From assembly GCF_009834535.1 (NCBI RefSeq), contig NC_045697.1:41356001-41420000 (forward strand): a stretch of 64,000 bases of DNA, written 5' to 3'. Below, in pieces: positions 13,360 to 27,659 of the stretch (positions are counted from its first letter, which is position 1; every line of letters begins with the position of its first letter). The notes under the pieces were generated by a model. It was not told where the DNA came from. It made no database searches and saw only the letters and a program-made list of their open reading frames with translations. Source of the stretch: Camelus ferus. Taxonomy: Eukaryota. A program made the position numbers and the translations under genes.

Positions 13360-13698
13360 GGCATTAAATTAATTGAGCAAGAGACCATTGCACTGCGGTG
13401 GCCCTAATGCCATGTGGCCTGAGTAAGCAAAACAAAATCTAAATCTGCAGATGCCTCAAGGTTACAAAATCAGAAAGCTTAGGACAACTAATCACAAATG
13501 GCCAACTAGGCCTTAAGCTATAGCCAGTCAAGTAATTTCCTTTCTTTATTTTTGTACTTTCTCTGAATATGTCTTTCCCTTGGCTCCTGTCTGCAGAGCA
13601 CCCTTAACCACTTCTGGTTTGGTGCTGCTTCATCTGAATCAATTTTTGCTCAAATAAACTTTTACTATTTTAAATATGTCTCAGATTATCTTTAAACA
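13360..13698 (+). mobile_element. ERV1 LTR (MER57-like)
   Basis: ttaattgagcaagagaccattg...gtaagcaaaac...tttttgctcaaataaac...ttatctttaaaca; AATAAA and CA end. Confidence 0.7.
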
Positions 13699-15930
13699 AT
13701 TTGTATATAGCTATTTCATTCATCTCTAACAAATAATTACTGAATGTCTGTGATGTGCCAAAAACATTCAGAGGTGAATGAAATTGAATTCTTAATACAC
13801 TGTAAAGTTAAACCTCTGCAGGAACAAGTTGTTAGTCGTTCTTTGGAGGTTAACAAATCACATTGAATCACTTTAGTTCTCTGGAACTTTGCCTTCCCAA
13901 ACAGAGGATGGGTTCCTGCAGTTATGTAATGAGCAAGGGGTGGCCACCAGAGCCAAGGAGAGCCTGAACCAGTTTGGAGTCCCTCTAATGAGGGTTGGTA
14001 ATTGGGACACAGAAATGTAGATCTGTTGATAAACTTGCTGGAGCTGGGAGGTGTGGCTGTGTTTGGGTCAGGAGTGTGAAGGAGCAGAAAGAACTAGGCA
14101 GAGAGTGCAGGAAGAGAGATTATTTCCTGGTCACTTTCCAATTCTAAGAGTCAGCTATGTGATTCTGAGTGTACTTTCTGCCTTTGAGTTCCTTGAGATA
14201 CTTTTGATATAATTTTTTCTTTTTAAATAAAAATTCTCTCTGTACTCATTCCAGTTTGAGTGGAATTCTTGCCAAACCTTCACAGTAGTTCACTCATTTC
14301 CTCTTTTTGAAAAACTCAATCCCACTGCTCTGTGGTAGCATCTACTAAGGTTGATATGTGGTATCTATTCAAATATGGCTGGTTTTGACTTCCTCCAAAT
14401 AGAAAGACAGCATTTGTGGTTTCAACCAATTTTAAGACCACTATTTCTAAGCAAGAAATTTTAGAAAGACTTCAAAGTTTTCCCAGGTTCTGGACATCAC
14501 TTCTAAAGAAACAGCATTTTCATTGCTGAATGAAGTGTATCAGAAATGACATTATTTCCCATGAAAAATGCCAGGGAATGTCTTCTCCTTACATGGCTGT
14601 CTGTATAATGCTTTTACACATTTCTGAATCTTGTGTTTCTGAAACCCTGTGTTTCCAGCCTGCAATTTTATCTTTTCTCTGTGGTTTGTTATTTTTTTTT
14701 TTTTTAGCCTCGTCTAAGTAAAATGCCAAACCACTCCTCTTAGATGGTCACAAATGTGTAACTGAGTAAACCTGTTAAGCCATAAGTACTTCAAGATTTT
14801 TTAACAGGATCCATAAATATCATTTAGAATTGTTTTTAATAGTTTAAAAACACTGTGGGAAAATAAAATTATAGAAGACATATTATTAGGCTACTGAAAA
14901 ATGTATTTAAATTAACTAAAATGAACTCCTGTTATCAAGTTAAGTTTGTGTACTTCTCAGAGTTCTAGTTTTCTAAAAAGGAAAACTCTTTAACTAGGAA
15001 CATTCATCACTTTAAAGGTTAAAAACAGCTGAAATTAGGATTTGATCTATGATGCACTTCAGCCTCCTGTGCTGTAACTCAATTTGATACATACAGGTTT
15101 ATTATGACAGTTGGTTTATTTCTGATGAATGTTGCTATGAAAATTTCTCAATACCACAACAAACCCTCTAAACTCTTAAACACCAAATGAGTGTAATTTT
15201 ATTCAAAGGCAAAATTCTTGAATTACTCTGAGTTCCACATATTTCATTTACACTTTCATTTTCTACAATGATCCTTCTTGATTCATATTAGAGGATTACC
15301 CAGGAATCACCTGGGTTCATCTTTGTTAAAAAAAATAGAAGTGAAAACATAGCAGATGCATTATAGTAATTATATAACAACTTCTGCTGCAGGCAAAAAG
15401 AATCTTTCAGACATTTTAATTAAGCCAGTGGTGTTTCAGCATGCTAACAAATACACTTCATTTGATCTTCACAAAATCTATATTATAGCATACATAATCA
15501 CAGGAATAATGTGGTAAAGTGCTTTACATTTTGAGGAAACAATCTTTTTCTTAAATCAACTTTATTTTAAATTATAAATTTCTACTTTTCAAATAAATTC
15601 AGGGAGGTAAGTGTAATTTAAAGAAGACACGAGAAGCCAATTAATTTGAGAAGAGATGGATTTAAATATAAGCTTCCACTAGATTCAGTCTTCATGGATT
15701 TGTCTTTTATTTTGCAAGAATAGATCAGTAAAACACTTATGAAATAAAAATTTTTCCTTAATGATAACATCTCCGTAGTATCAAATTCTATTGCAATTGT
15801 ACTAGAAGAACTAAATATTTTAATTCTTAATTAGTAATAAAATATTAATAAATATTTTAGTAAGACTTAAACTTGCAACTGGCTTTCTTTTGGTGACTGT
15901 AATAGCCACGAATCTTAATTTCTAGATTTT

Positions 15931-16063
15931 TTTGTTTGTTTTATGAGGGGGAGGTAATTAGATTTATCTATTTATTCATATTTGGGGGAGGTACTGAGGA
16001 TTGAACCCAGGACCTTGTACATGCTAGGCATGCACTCTACCACTTGAGCTATACACTCCCCTC
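15931..16063 (-). mobile_element. tRNA-derived SINE (camelid vic-1-like), 14-bp TSD
   Basis: Reverse strand has A box tagctcaagtgg and B box ggttcaatcc; TSD aatttctagatttt at 15917-15930 and 16064-16077. Confidence 0.92.
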
Positions 16064-17564
16064 AATTTCTAGATTTTGAGTAGTCTGACTCAGTTTACTT
16101 TGGCATTCTTTTATGATTGTTTCACCTCACATTTTACTATCTCCTATGATGACATTTTTTAGAAGTCTCTTTCTTTAGGAGGGTCTTCTATATGCAAAGT
16201 AATCCCCCTACTCGCATTCAGTTCTTTCCCTTGGTACTGAACAGTTATGAATCCTTTTGCTTGCAAAGGTAGAATAAAGAAGGAACAAAATATGGGATGA
16301 GAGAAAAGGAAGGAAGCAGAAAAATAAAGGAAATAAAATGGGAACAGGTGAAGAATTTTATTTTACAGAAGGAGGTATAAATAGAAACATTAACTTTGGA
16401 GAAAATGAGTGGGTAGAATGAATGAATGAATAAATACTAAAATAAAAAGATAGCATAGTGTAAAGCAGATATCCCATATCATTTATTTTAGTTAAAGGGA
16501 ACATAATCTCATGAATACAAAGAAGTTAAATTCTTCTGGAAGATGTTAATGTCAAAATATCTATTCAGACTTGTCATACATTAGATAAAAACATAATCTT
16601 GCACTGTGAAAATATTCTGAGATATTTCTTTTGTAAAGAATTTTCTAGGACAGGAAGCTCCAAATGACATCAACTTCATGTTTCAATTACAAACCAAATT
16701 AAAATTATTTTAGAATAAAAATGGGATGCATCTTCATTTAGAAGCCAGATGTCTTATTAAATATAATTTCCTCTGTTGGCTGCTTTATATTAAGGGCAGA
16801 TTTCAAACAAGAACAGCTTCTATGAAATGTAATTATACCCCTTCTGTAGCTTTCATGGTCATGGAGGCTGGAATAGGAAAGTACTTGACAAACAAATCTG
16901 CAAAACAGTTTTCTTTTTCCCCTATAAAGAAGTTGCTTAAATCCAATCAGCTATCATATTCCTTCCCTATTCCAGAACATTGTATTGCCTAGATTATGTT
17001 GGATTGATTGATATATCCATTCAGAGTTTCCTGTTGTGGTTTTTAGAAAAAGCCTCTCATTGCCCTATCCAACATTCAGCCATTGAATACTTCTTTGGTG
17101 GGAGAATGTACATTTTTTATAATTTTCTTAGTCTCATGAATGCTTTGAAATGGATGCAGTACCATTAAAGTCAGAAGCATAAACTACATCTGGTGTTCGG
17201 CAGTTAGAGTTCTTTTTGTTTCTTTCTTATGTGCACATGCTGGTGAAAAAAACAATTTCCTTTGCTTATTTATTATTCTGGTTTCTACTCTGTACCCTCT
17301 TTTTAAAAAGTTCTTAAGGCATCTGTCTCTCAATGCGAGGTATTTACTGTCTTTTTTCTGCTACTTATGCTTACTGAAATTGGAAATTATTGGCAAACCT
17401 TCGCAATAAGTGATTGCCTGCTTATTAAAATAAAGTTTACTCAGGTGCTCTCTGCATTGTCCAGTGGACAGAACCATAGAATCCAGAAGCTGTCTGCCTA
17501 CTTGGTCCAAAAAACCTGCCTAATGCTCTTGTTCTAGGGATTCATACACATCATGTCTGGACAC

Positions 17565-17850
17565 TGGGGAGGAGCTCATGACTTGCCAGGTGGCCATTCC
17601 ACCTTTGGACAACTCTGTTAGATAATTCTCTGTTAGATTGTGTGGCAGTCTTCCTGAGGCTGCCATGTATTGATCACAGTTCTACCTAATGGCAACATAT
17701 AGACACTTTCTTCTGTTTCCCACGTAACAACCCTTCACATATCTGAAGGCAGCTGTTTTGCCCATTTGAGTCTTTTCTTTCCCAGATTTAACATTCCCAG
17801 TTCCTTTACTTGTATTTTATAGGAATCCTCTGACCAGTCTGATCAGTCTG
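17565..17850 (-). mobile_element. CR1/L3 LINE fragment
   Basis: ccattccacctttggacaactctgttaga...aacccttcacatatctgaaggcagct...aacattcccagttccttt. Confidence 0.7.
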
Positions 17851-18043
17851 GAATTCTAATCCTACATCTGCTAGAAAGTTGATACGACTTGAGTTCTGTT
17901 GCTGTTTTTATCAAGACATTTTGAAAATTATTCTGTTTCAACTTTTTAAACCAACTATTTATTTTTCTATTTAATAAGGCCCTCTTTAAAATCTGTTTTG
18001 CGTTATGAAATATTCAAAATGCAAAATAGTAAGTGTACCCGGT

Positions 18044-18650
18044 TGTCAAATAAAAACAAACGCAGACTTGGTAAACAAAGACTTTGAGAGGGCTATTGCA
18101 TGGTGGGGAAAGGGATTATTGCAGTCGGCAGAACGTTTTGACTGTAAGATCTGCAAGCACCTCAAGCATCATGCAAAAAGAGATTTTGTTTATAGAAAGG
18201 AGTAGTAAGGCTAGAGAGAATGGTGTAGGGAAGTGAGATGAAAAGGTAGCAAAATGGGATAGTAGATTAGAGAACGTTCTGCTCTAAGGCCAGTCTGTTC
18301 TCTGGAGGGCCTGGAGCAGAAAGGAGTACCTGTCTGCGGGCCAAAGTTGAGAGACCTGGAAGTAGGAGAGAAGTTAACCATAGTTTAACAAGCCTTTTGT
18401 TCCAACAGATCAGTGGGGACAAGCAGTTCACCTTACCAGTTATGAGACAAAGAATGGGAATTTGTAAGGTCTGTATCTGGCCATGTCTAAGGTAAACAAT
18501 CGTGCCACCTGTGCATCTTACCTAATTTACACAGGACCAGTGGTTCTTTGCAGTAAGCCATTTTCCATAATACAAAAGAATGGGTGGGTGGGTTTTTTTT
18601 TTCAGACATTTCTGGTTTCCAGGATCACAGGGCTCTAGTAAAACTCAACA
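18044..18650 (-). mobile_element. ERV1 solo LTR inserted in an old L1ME 3' end
   Basis: tgtcaaata...ctcaaca termini; L1ME-like sequence is continuous across both flanks; TSD degenerate. Confidence 0.7.
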
Positions 18651-18994
18651 TCGTTACTATTCACCACTTGATTTCACGGATGTCAATGTTTTGGGCCATA
18701 GTTACTCCAAAAACATTTTTCAAATAATATACTACAGAGACAATGAATCCTTGCAACCAATTTCATTTCCTTATTTTTCTCCCCAGATTTATCCACTATA
18801 CTGAGATACATATGTATCTCTCTTTGCTTTTAGACTTCGCTGCTTATATATGGTCCATCAAACACAAACACACGCAGAATATTGTTTAATGTATTTAAAT
18901 TTGCTAAATGGTATCATGCAGTATATCCATACCTATCTATCTCTAACCTAGCCTCTATCACTGTATCTGTATTTATATCTGTATCTATCTCACT

Positions 18995-20115
<1,121 letters not shown>

Positions 20116-20149
20116 ATGCTTTTATAGTTTTTAAATTTGAATGTAGCTA

Positions 20150-20701
20150 AGTGTTTTAGTCAGCCTAAGATAAATCATGCCATGGTAAGGGAATGCCCAA
20201 ATTTCAGCATTTACTGCAATAAAGGTTTACTTTTTACTCACATTCACATGGGTTGACAGGCCCTGCTTCACATTTTTTTCAGTCCAGGGATCATAGCTGA
20301 AGATGTAGTTCTTATTTTGGACATGCCAGTCTTACAGCAGAGAGAAGAGAGAGATTGCAGACTCACAGGAAGGCTCTTAAAGCTTCTGTTTGCAGGTAGC
20401 ACATATTTTTAAAAAACTGAAGTATAGTTGATTTACAGTGTTGTGTTTGTGGTATACAGCATAGTGATTCAGTCATACATATACACGTACATATTCTTTT
20501 TCATTATAGGTTATTACAAGATAATGAATATAGTTCCCTATAATAGACAGTAGGACCTTGCTGTTTATTGGCACATGTCTCTTTTTACCTGTATTTTACT
20601 GGCCAAAGCAAGTACATGGAGTTAGGGTATATAATTTCCCACAGGTGAACCTGGTAGAGAGTGGGGCAGCAAATATTTTCATAATGATACAGTCTGCCAC
20701 A
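20150..20701 (-). mobile_element. Old MaLR LTR (MLT1K/L-like) split by a short L1 3' tail
   Basis: tgttttagtcag...aataaaggtttac...ggctcttaaagcttctg [L1] ...ggccaaagcaagtacatgg...cagtctgccaca. Confidence 0.65.
20406..20569 (-). mobile_element. 5'-truncated young L1 3' tail
   Basis: ctgaagtatagttgatttacagtgttg...cagtaggaccttgctgtttat; same tail family as the copies at ~38750, 43390, 54136 and 59052; gcacat on both flanks. Confidence 0.85.
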
Positions 20702-21063
20702 CCAAGTTCTCCAATCCCTTTCTTTGTGGTTTGTGCTTTTTATGCCCTGTTGAAATAATTCCCTAACTAAATGTCATGAAAGTATTCTCCTATATGCACT
20801 CTGAAAGGCTTGATTTTTACACTTGTGTTTTTCATCTGTCTGGAATTTATTTTTGGGTATGATGTGAGATCGATATCTAAGTTTATTTTATTTTTTCTTA
20901 TGGATAATCAAATATGCCTACCAGCACTCGGCCAGTCTGTCCCTCTTCCTCTGATATTTTTAATGTGATCTGTGCCATATATCCAGTTCCCAGATAAATG
21001 TGATCTCTTTCTGGTGTCTCCAATAGATTCTGTTTGTCTGTTTGTGTATGCCTATGCCAATTA

Positions 21064-21126
21064 CTCTCTGTGTCTCTGTCTCTGTCTCTCTGTCTCTCTC
21101 TCTGTCTCTCTCTCTCTATATATATA
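21064..21126. repeat. (TC/TCTG)n(TA)n microsatellite
   Basis: ctctctgtgtctctgtctctgtctctctgtctctctc...tatatatata. Confidence 0.9.
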
Positions 21127-22244
21127 ATTAATAAATATACCCAACCACGGTTCAGCCTTGGGAATTTAATTACTGAAGAGAGACTTTTTCCTCTATGTTG
21201 GGTAGAGTTTTGTTTTTTTTTTTTTTTTTACCTTAAGTTTCCTATCTTGGAGACAGCCTTTTCCAGGACTTGGTTTTCTGTGCCATGTCTCCTGGCCCTG
21301 CCCTCCAGATCCATAACATTGGCTTCTTTTGTCACATCTCTGGCTTTGAGTTTTTGCTTCATTTCTGGCACTTGATTTACCTTTTAAATTTATTATTATT
21401 ACCTAGCTATGTAAACTAATTTGGGGGTTATATTTTATCCAGTATTTTGTTATTTTGTAACATGAGGGGAGTCTGTACGTCTCAGTCTACCCTGTTCCTG
21501 AAACCCACTGGAGACATTAAAAGTTGAAAGTCTATGATATTCAAATGAGGGAAGATCTAATGGTAGATTTAATAATAATTTGATTGACAAAAGAAATATT
21601 CTATAGATACAAATCTTCCCAGGGATTCTCAAATTACGTATAAGCAACTAGCTTTTAAAATTAATTAAAAAGCTGTCTGTTACCTAAGCTATTTTGATAG
21701 GCAAGCTTAGCTTATAGGAAATTCTCTGACTTTGTTCCTTGTCATGGTGTGTTGAATTTCATGTCTCTGCCAATTTTCTCTATTTATTCTCGATAAATAT
21801 CAGAAACAAACTGAAAGAAGCTTTCAGATTTCAGTGTGTGTGTGTGTATGTGTGTACATGCACACGTGCATAAAAGTGCATGCAGAGGAGAAGGAGGAAG
21901 TGGGAATTAGGGAGGGAAAGGGAAGAAGCAGAGAAATTTTTCTTTTGCTCCTTCTCTTTCCCCACAGCTACTGTCCTGCCTGCAATAATTTCTCTCACCT
22001 GCAAGCTCTGAGTGAAAGTGAATGTTATGTGTAACCCAAATGTCTGATGCCTGTGTAGGCTCTAACCACTTAACATAAAGGTCTCATTACTCAGCTTCCC
22101 CAAACGAGGATCACTCTGCTTTAGTATATTTGCGCTGCATGTTAGCCATTCCTGGTTCTGCCTGTTCTCTAATACTGTTTAGTTCCTAACCGTGGTTATG
22201 TTCTGCCCTTGGCCTCTGCGTACTCTGCTCTAGCACTTGACTTA

Positions 22245-22960
22245 GTAATAACGTGCATACGTGTGCAGGCTCTGGAGCCAGATGATCTGTTTTCAAATCC
22301 TGGCTTGACGCTTATCAACTGTAGGATTTTGGGTATCTTACTTAATCTTTCTGTATTTCAGTCTCCTCACCTATAAAGTGGTTAAAATGAATCGCTAACT
22401 CATGGGGTTGTTGTGAGGGTTATGTAGTGAGGGGGTTGTCTGATATCCTCAGATTTTGTTTCTATTTTTGTGCACACATGTTCCAGATGAGCTGTCACTC
22501 CCCATCCAGCACTGGGTGTCTCTATTGTCAACTACCTTTGTCTGTACTCAAGACCCGAAAGTACTTGGGAATTTATGTCTTTGTCTCCCTAATCCTCAAC
22601 CTCTAACCAATGACTGATAGCTGTAGAGTATAAATAACTCCATCTTCCTTGCCTCCTAACCATCAGATACACTGGGTGACATAATCCTGAGGTATGTTTT
22701 ACACCAAAGCTCCTGTGGGATCGCGTTCCCCTGACGTGGCTCACACCTTTGCTTGGCCTCCTTCACTCTCAGGTCCTGCTCCACCACTCCCGCCTTTCCT
22801 GAAAACCCTTTTTATTAAATCACTTTCATGTAAATCCTCGCCCCAGGGTCTCTTCCAAGGGAAGTCAAATTAAAGCAGTTTATTTGATTTACTACCTATG
22901 TAGGATGCTTTCCACATAGTATGCCATATAAATGTTGGCTTTATTATTCATGCTATTACT
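22245..22960 (+). mobile_element. MIR interrupted by an LTR16-like ERVL LTR (~22437-22878)
   Basis: MIR head (caggctctggagccagatg...gttgttgtgagggtta), then an LTR (ctaaccaatgactga, gtataaata, ttaaatcactttcatgtaaatcctcgccccagggtc), then the MIR tail (cacatagtatgccatataaatgttggc). Confidence 0.75.
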
Positions 22961-23676
22961 GTGCTAGTCTCAGGCAGGATGGTTTGGTGAAGGTCCCCTT
23001 TTCTTCACTGCATCATCCCCAGAATATATATCTTATTATATCTAATAATTCACAACAGGACTGCTAGTACAAGGTTGTCATGTACCAGCTTTCCAGAAGG
23101 TTTGGGATTAACAGTGTAGGGCATGAAAACTTAAAACTAGATGATGAATACAACTTATTTGTAGACTCAAGAGGACTCTACAAATAAATAGAGTCTGGCC
23201 TTGCCTCCTTCATTGGTGGTCTATGCTTTTCTCGGATCCTGAATGGGGGCAAGCTCCTTTAAAATCCTTGTGATGTAAATTCCCATCCTCTTCAGAGAAT
23301 TCTGTCTACTCATAGGATCTTTCTAAAATGTACCTTTGGATATGATCCTTTTCTTTGCGTGACTGAGGGTGAATAATACACCAGGATTTACATCCAAGTA
23401 GCATGTCAGACACTAATTTCATAGCCTTTTACAATATTGGGAGAAGAAAAAAGAAGAAAATAACTTTTAATGAAAAAAACAGTTTTGAATTCAAGGACTG
23501 CAAGCATTAAAAGGATTTGGTCAGCCAACATATTGTTTTGTAAGCCAACATTTTAATGTTCTTTTTTAAACAAAAGGAACAGTTTGCTTTAAGACTTGAG
23601 ACATTAAATGTCAAGTTTAACCTCAGGGGTTGTAAGTGTTCAAATAGCTATATTATATGAAATTCTAGAAAACTCG

Positions 23677-23718
23677 GTTTGCCATGGAAATGTCACTATG
23701 GCTGTAACTATGGGTAAC
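23677..23718. promoter_or_regulatory. Candidate RFX X-box cluster
   Basis: gtaact-atg-ggtaac (23704-23718) fits GTNRCY-N0-3-RGYAAC; weaker gtttgccatggaaat (23677-23691) and gtcactatgg adjoin it; non-repetitive context. Confidence 0.4.
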
Positions 23719-24183
23719 CTATTGTGGTTTTATTCCTGAGTGTAAAAAAAGCACTGAAATTCATACCCCAGGGGTAACTGAAGAGGCAAAGGCAGAGATA
23801 AATGAAGTGTTTCCATTATTCTAAAATAAACTTTTGTTTCCCCCACACCATTTTCAGTTATAAATATAGTACTTTTGTTTTTCAAGTAGACTCTTGCACT
23901 TACAGAAGATTTCAATTTTGACAATTCTGAATGCTGGTGAATAATATTTAGCTTAGGTTTTGATGTATGTGGTATGAAAGAGTCATGTCAAAGTTTTGAG
24001 TTTTGGAGTGTCTGGGGATATTCTGGAATTCCCTACTCACAGCACTATAAATTTAGAGAGAAAACGAAACCATTTCATACTGATTTTTTTTTGCTCAGAA
24101 CTAGCCTCCGTCATAAAGTTACTGAACTCTAAGAGATATTTGCTATTTGTAGTTGTAATGTTCGGGGACAGGATTTGACATAG

Positions 24184-24730
24184 TGCATTAGTTTTCTATT
24201 GCTACTCTAATAAATTGCCACAAACCTAGAGGCTTGAAACAATGTGCATTTATTATCTCACAGTTTCCATGGATTAGAAGTTCAGGTACAACTTAGCAAG
24301 GTTCTTTTCTCAGGGTTTCACAAGACTGCAGTCAAAGTGCCAGCTGGGCTGCATTTCTTTCTGGAGCTCAGGGTCCTCTTCCAAGCTCCTGTGATTGTTG
24401 GAAGAATTTGGGTCCAAGAGGTTATGGGACTGAAGGACTCACTTGCTTGACACAAGGCCCTCTTACAACATGGCAGCATAGTTCAAGGCCAGCAGGAGAA
24501 TCACTCCCTCCAGTCTGAGAGACATTCTTATATAATGCAGCATAATCACAGGGTGACTATACACCATCACTTTCGCCATATAATGTAACCTAACCAAGGG
24601 AGTGATTTTGCTACTACTCTTGCCATATTCTTTTAACTAAGAAGCAGGTCATAGTTTCTTCTGCCCTAAAGGGGATTATGTAAAGGCATGCATTACTTAT
24701 TGGGGATCATGTTAGGAAGAGTCCACTGCT
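24184..24730 (-). mobile_element. MaLR LTR (MLT1E-like)
   Basis: tgcattagttttctattgct...ggcttgaaacaatgtgcatttattatctcacagtt... Confidence 0.8.
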
Positions 24731-25119
24731 CTTGGTATACCAAAACCTGTGTAAATAGGCTATATATCATGTTAAAGTTGAACTAGGGTCTGGTAGTTTT
24801 TCCATTTTATGTCATGGTAAATTGAGATACAATTAAAACTTGTATTATGGAAACACACAGGTCATCAAGACTACTGATGATCTTGAATAAAGCATTCTTT
24901 AGCTTGAATTTATTTCTAAGTTCATAAAATAAGTAAGAGGTATATGTTACCTTCATGACCATGATGACATTTGTACTGTCTTTTGATTAGTACCTGTTGG
25001 TCAGCCTAGAGCTTCAGAAGATTTTGACGGATTACAGGGGTAGAAATTTTTCATAGAGGATTAGATTAGGAGATAAGAAAATGAGATTCCAAGAACAATA
25101 GAGAAACAAGAGCCAGTTA

Positions 25120-27620
25120 GGAGATGCTATAGAAAAATGCTTATTTGTAATAGTGATAAAAGATGAAATACCTAAAAATAAAATTTACAAAAATTTACAA
25201 GATCTACATGAAACAAATTAAAATATTACTGAGGAACACAAGGAAGACTTGGACAAACATTGAGGCATACCATGTTCATGGAAAGGAAGATTCAATATTA
25301 TGAAGCTGACATTTCTCCCTAAGTTAATATATACATCTAAGCTAAAATACTAATAGGATTTTTATTTTGTTTTAACTAGACAAGTTTACTCTGAAATCCA
25401 TACAAAAAAATGATTAAGAAATTATAGCCTGGAAAATTCTAACTATGAAAAAAATGAGAGATGATTTAGGCAGGATTTGCTGATCACATATTAATATGTA
25501 TATGCTATAATAAAGCTACATTAATTAAGTGTAGTACTGGTATATGAACAGAAAGAATAGAAAGTTATGAAATGCTGTCAAATATATATGGGGTTTTAAT
25601 GTAAAAGTGGTATTTGAAATTAACAGGGAAAAGATGCTTTATTTAATAAGTTCTTAAAGGACAATTGGATAGCTTCTTAAAAGAAAGCATAAAGTATGAC
25701 CCCTGTCTCCCCCCCACCCCAAGAAATCCATATTGGTCAAAGGCATAGTATTAACATATTAAAACTATTATGTAGCAGAGGAATCATGGGAGATGGTTTT
25801 ATAACCTTGGTGTTTGGAAGGCCTTTATACAAATGACACTACCCTTCTGAAACCCACTAAAATGATGTAATTTAATTTTATAAAAAAATTTAAAATATTA
25901 TAAACATAGAAAAATCATAAAACTGGAAACATTTGAAATGTATTAGACAAAAGTGCTGTTTTAATATATAAAATATTCTATAAATCAATAAAGAAAAAGG
26001 ACCATAGGCTAACAGAAAAGTAAGGAAACTATGAAAAAAGGAAATAAAAATGAAAACACTTCACTCATGATAAGAGGAAGACAAATATAAAACCATAATA
26101 ATACACTACTTCTTTTCACTATATTAAGTTGGCAAACGAAAGTTTGATAATACATGGTTAGCACAACATAAGGAAACTTACTCTCCTACATTACTGGTAA
26201 GAGTGTAATTTGATACAAACTTTTTGGAGAGTAACTTAGTAATACCTAGTTAACTAAGAAATTCATATAGCCTTTGATCCTGCTATATATTTTCAATGTG
26301 TTGATCTAAAGTATATTGATACATGAGCAAAATGAATGTACAACTATATTAATAACAGTATTATTTATAATAGAAACTTTTGGAGATGATCCAAATGCTC
26401 TTTAATAGAGTATTGTTTAAATGATTTGTGAGGAAAATATGAGCTTTTGGAAATATTTAGTGTGTGCTGAGCACCATCTTATGCACTTTACATATACAAT
26501 TTAAGTCTCACAATAAATATATGAGGTGAGAATGACTGTCATCCTCTTTTATAAAAGAGGAAACAGACTCAGAGAGGACAATAACTTGTTCCTGATAAAT
26601 AAGGAATCTGGGTCTCAAACTTAGGCTCCAGAGGTGACATATTCTCACTAGGCTACAGTTTCTCCCGTACATGTGGAAGACTAGGAAGGTATAAAAAAGA
26701 AGGAAGCCATTTTATGTACTGTACTAATAATTTGGATTGTCTAGAAATACACACTTGTGTGTATTCCTAAGATACATATTTTATAAGAAGACTGCAAGGA
26801 ATATAATAATGTAGCTTATTATCATTTTGTGTGATACATATTTATAAATACATGGTCTATATCTGTACAGATATAAAGAAATTAGTGTGAGGTTTGCATC
26901 GGGGAGAGAAACTAAGTTCTTGAGGAACAGAGGAAGGAAAATTTATTGTTTGTGTTTTTCATTTTGTGTATTTTGAATTTTGTGCTCTGCACAAATACGG
27001 TTTATTGAAGAAAAATAACAATAACAAAAGCAGTAAACACAGGGAAGAGTAATTCAGAGGCCTGGTTTATATAGCATGTTTTGCAAATATCTTACTTCCA
27101 CTTATAAAGACAGTTTATGTTATAAAAATTTAACATGCACCATAAATAAGTGAAAAGATGAGTTCCAAAACCTGAGAAGAGATATTTATTTGTAATACAT
27201 AGAACCAACAAAGGGTTATTATCTAGGACATATAAAGGACTCTTAATACGTCAGTAAGAAAAAGACAAACAAACTAGTAGAAAAAGTAAGCAAAGATATG
27301 AACAGGTAATTCAAAGAGGAAGTTTAGGCTAACAAACACATGAAAAGATGACCACCCATGTGAATAATTACGGGAAGGCAACTTAAAATGAGATAGATCA
27401 TTTCACACACCAAAGTTTAAAAGAAGTATTAACAAGGATGGAGAACAATAGCAAGAACTGGTGGTGGAGTGCTGAATGGTACAACCACTTTGCGGGTAGT
27501 GTGGTTAGGCCCAGCAGGGTGGAAGATGCCTCTGGACACCTTGTGACTCAGCAGTTCCAGCCACACGTGCCCAGGGAGACGTGTGAAAGGATGTTCACAG
27601 TAGAATATTTTTTAGGCGTT
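25120..27620 (+). mobile_element. Old, degraded L1 (L1ME-like) ORF2/3' pieces with a MIR at ~26450-26660 (-)
   Basis: A-rich; atacctaaaaataaaatttacaaaa, ataccatgttcatggaaaggaagattcaatatt, aaacacatgaaaagatg are ORF2-derived motifs. Confidence 0.75.
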
Positions 27621-27659
27621 AGGTAATGTAATTGTCAAGTATTTTATCTTAGAATTTCT

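Noticed and set aside
13850..14280. Possible ancient LTR (AATAAA-like signal, cagtttgagtgg near the end)
   Set aside because: Too diverged to define termini or family without a search.
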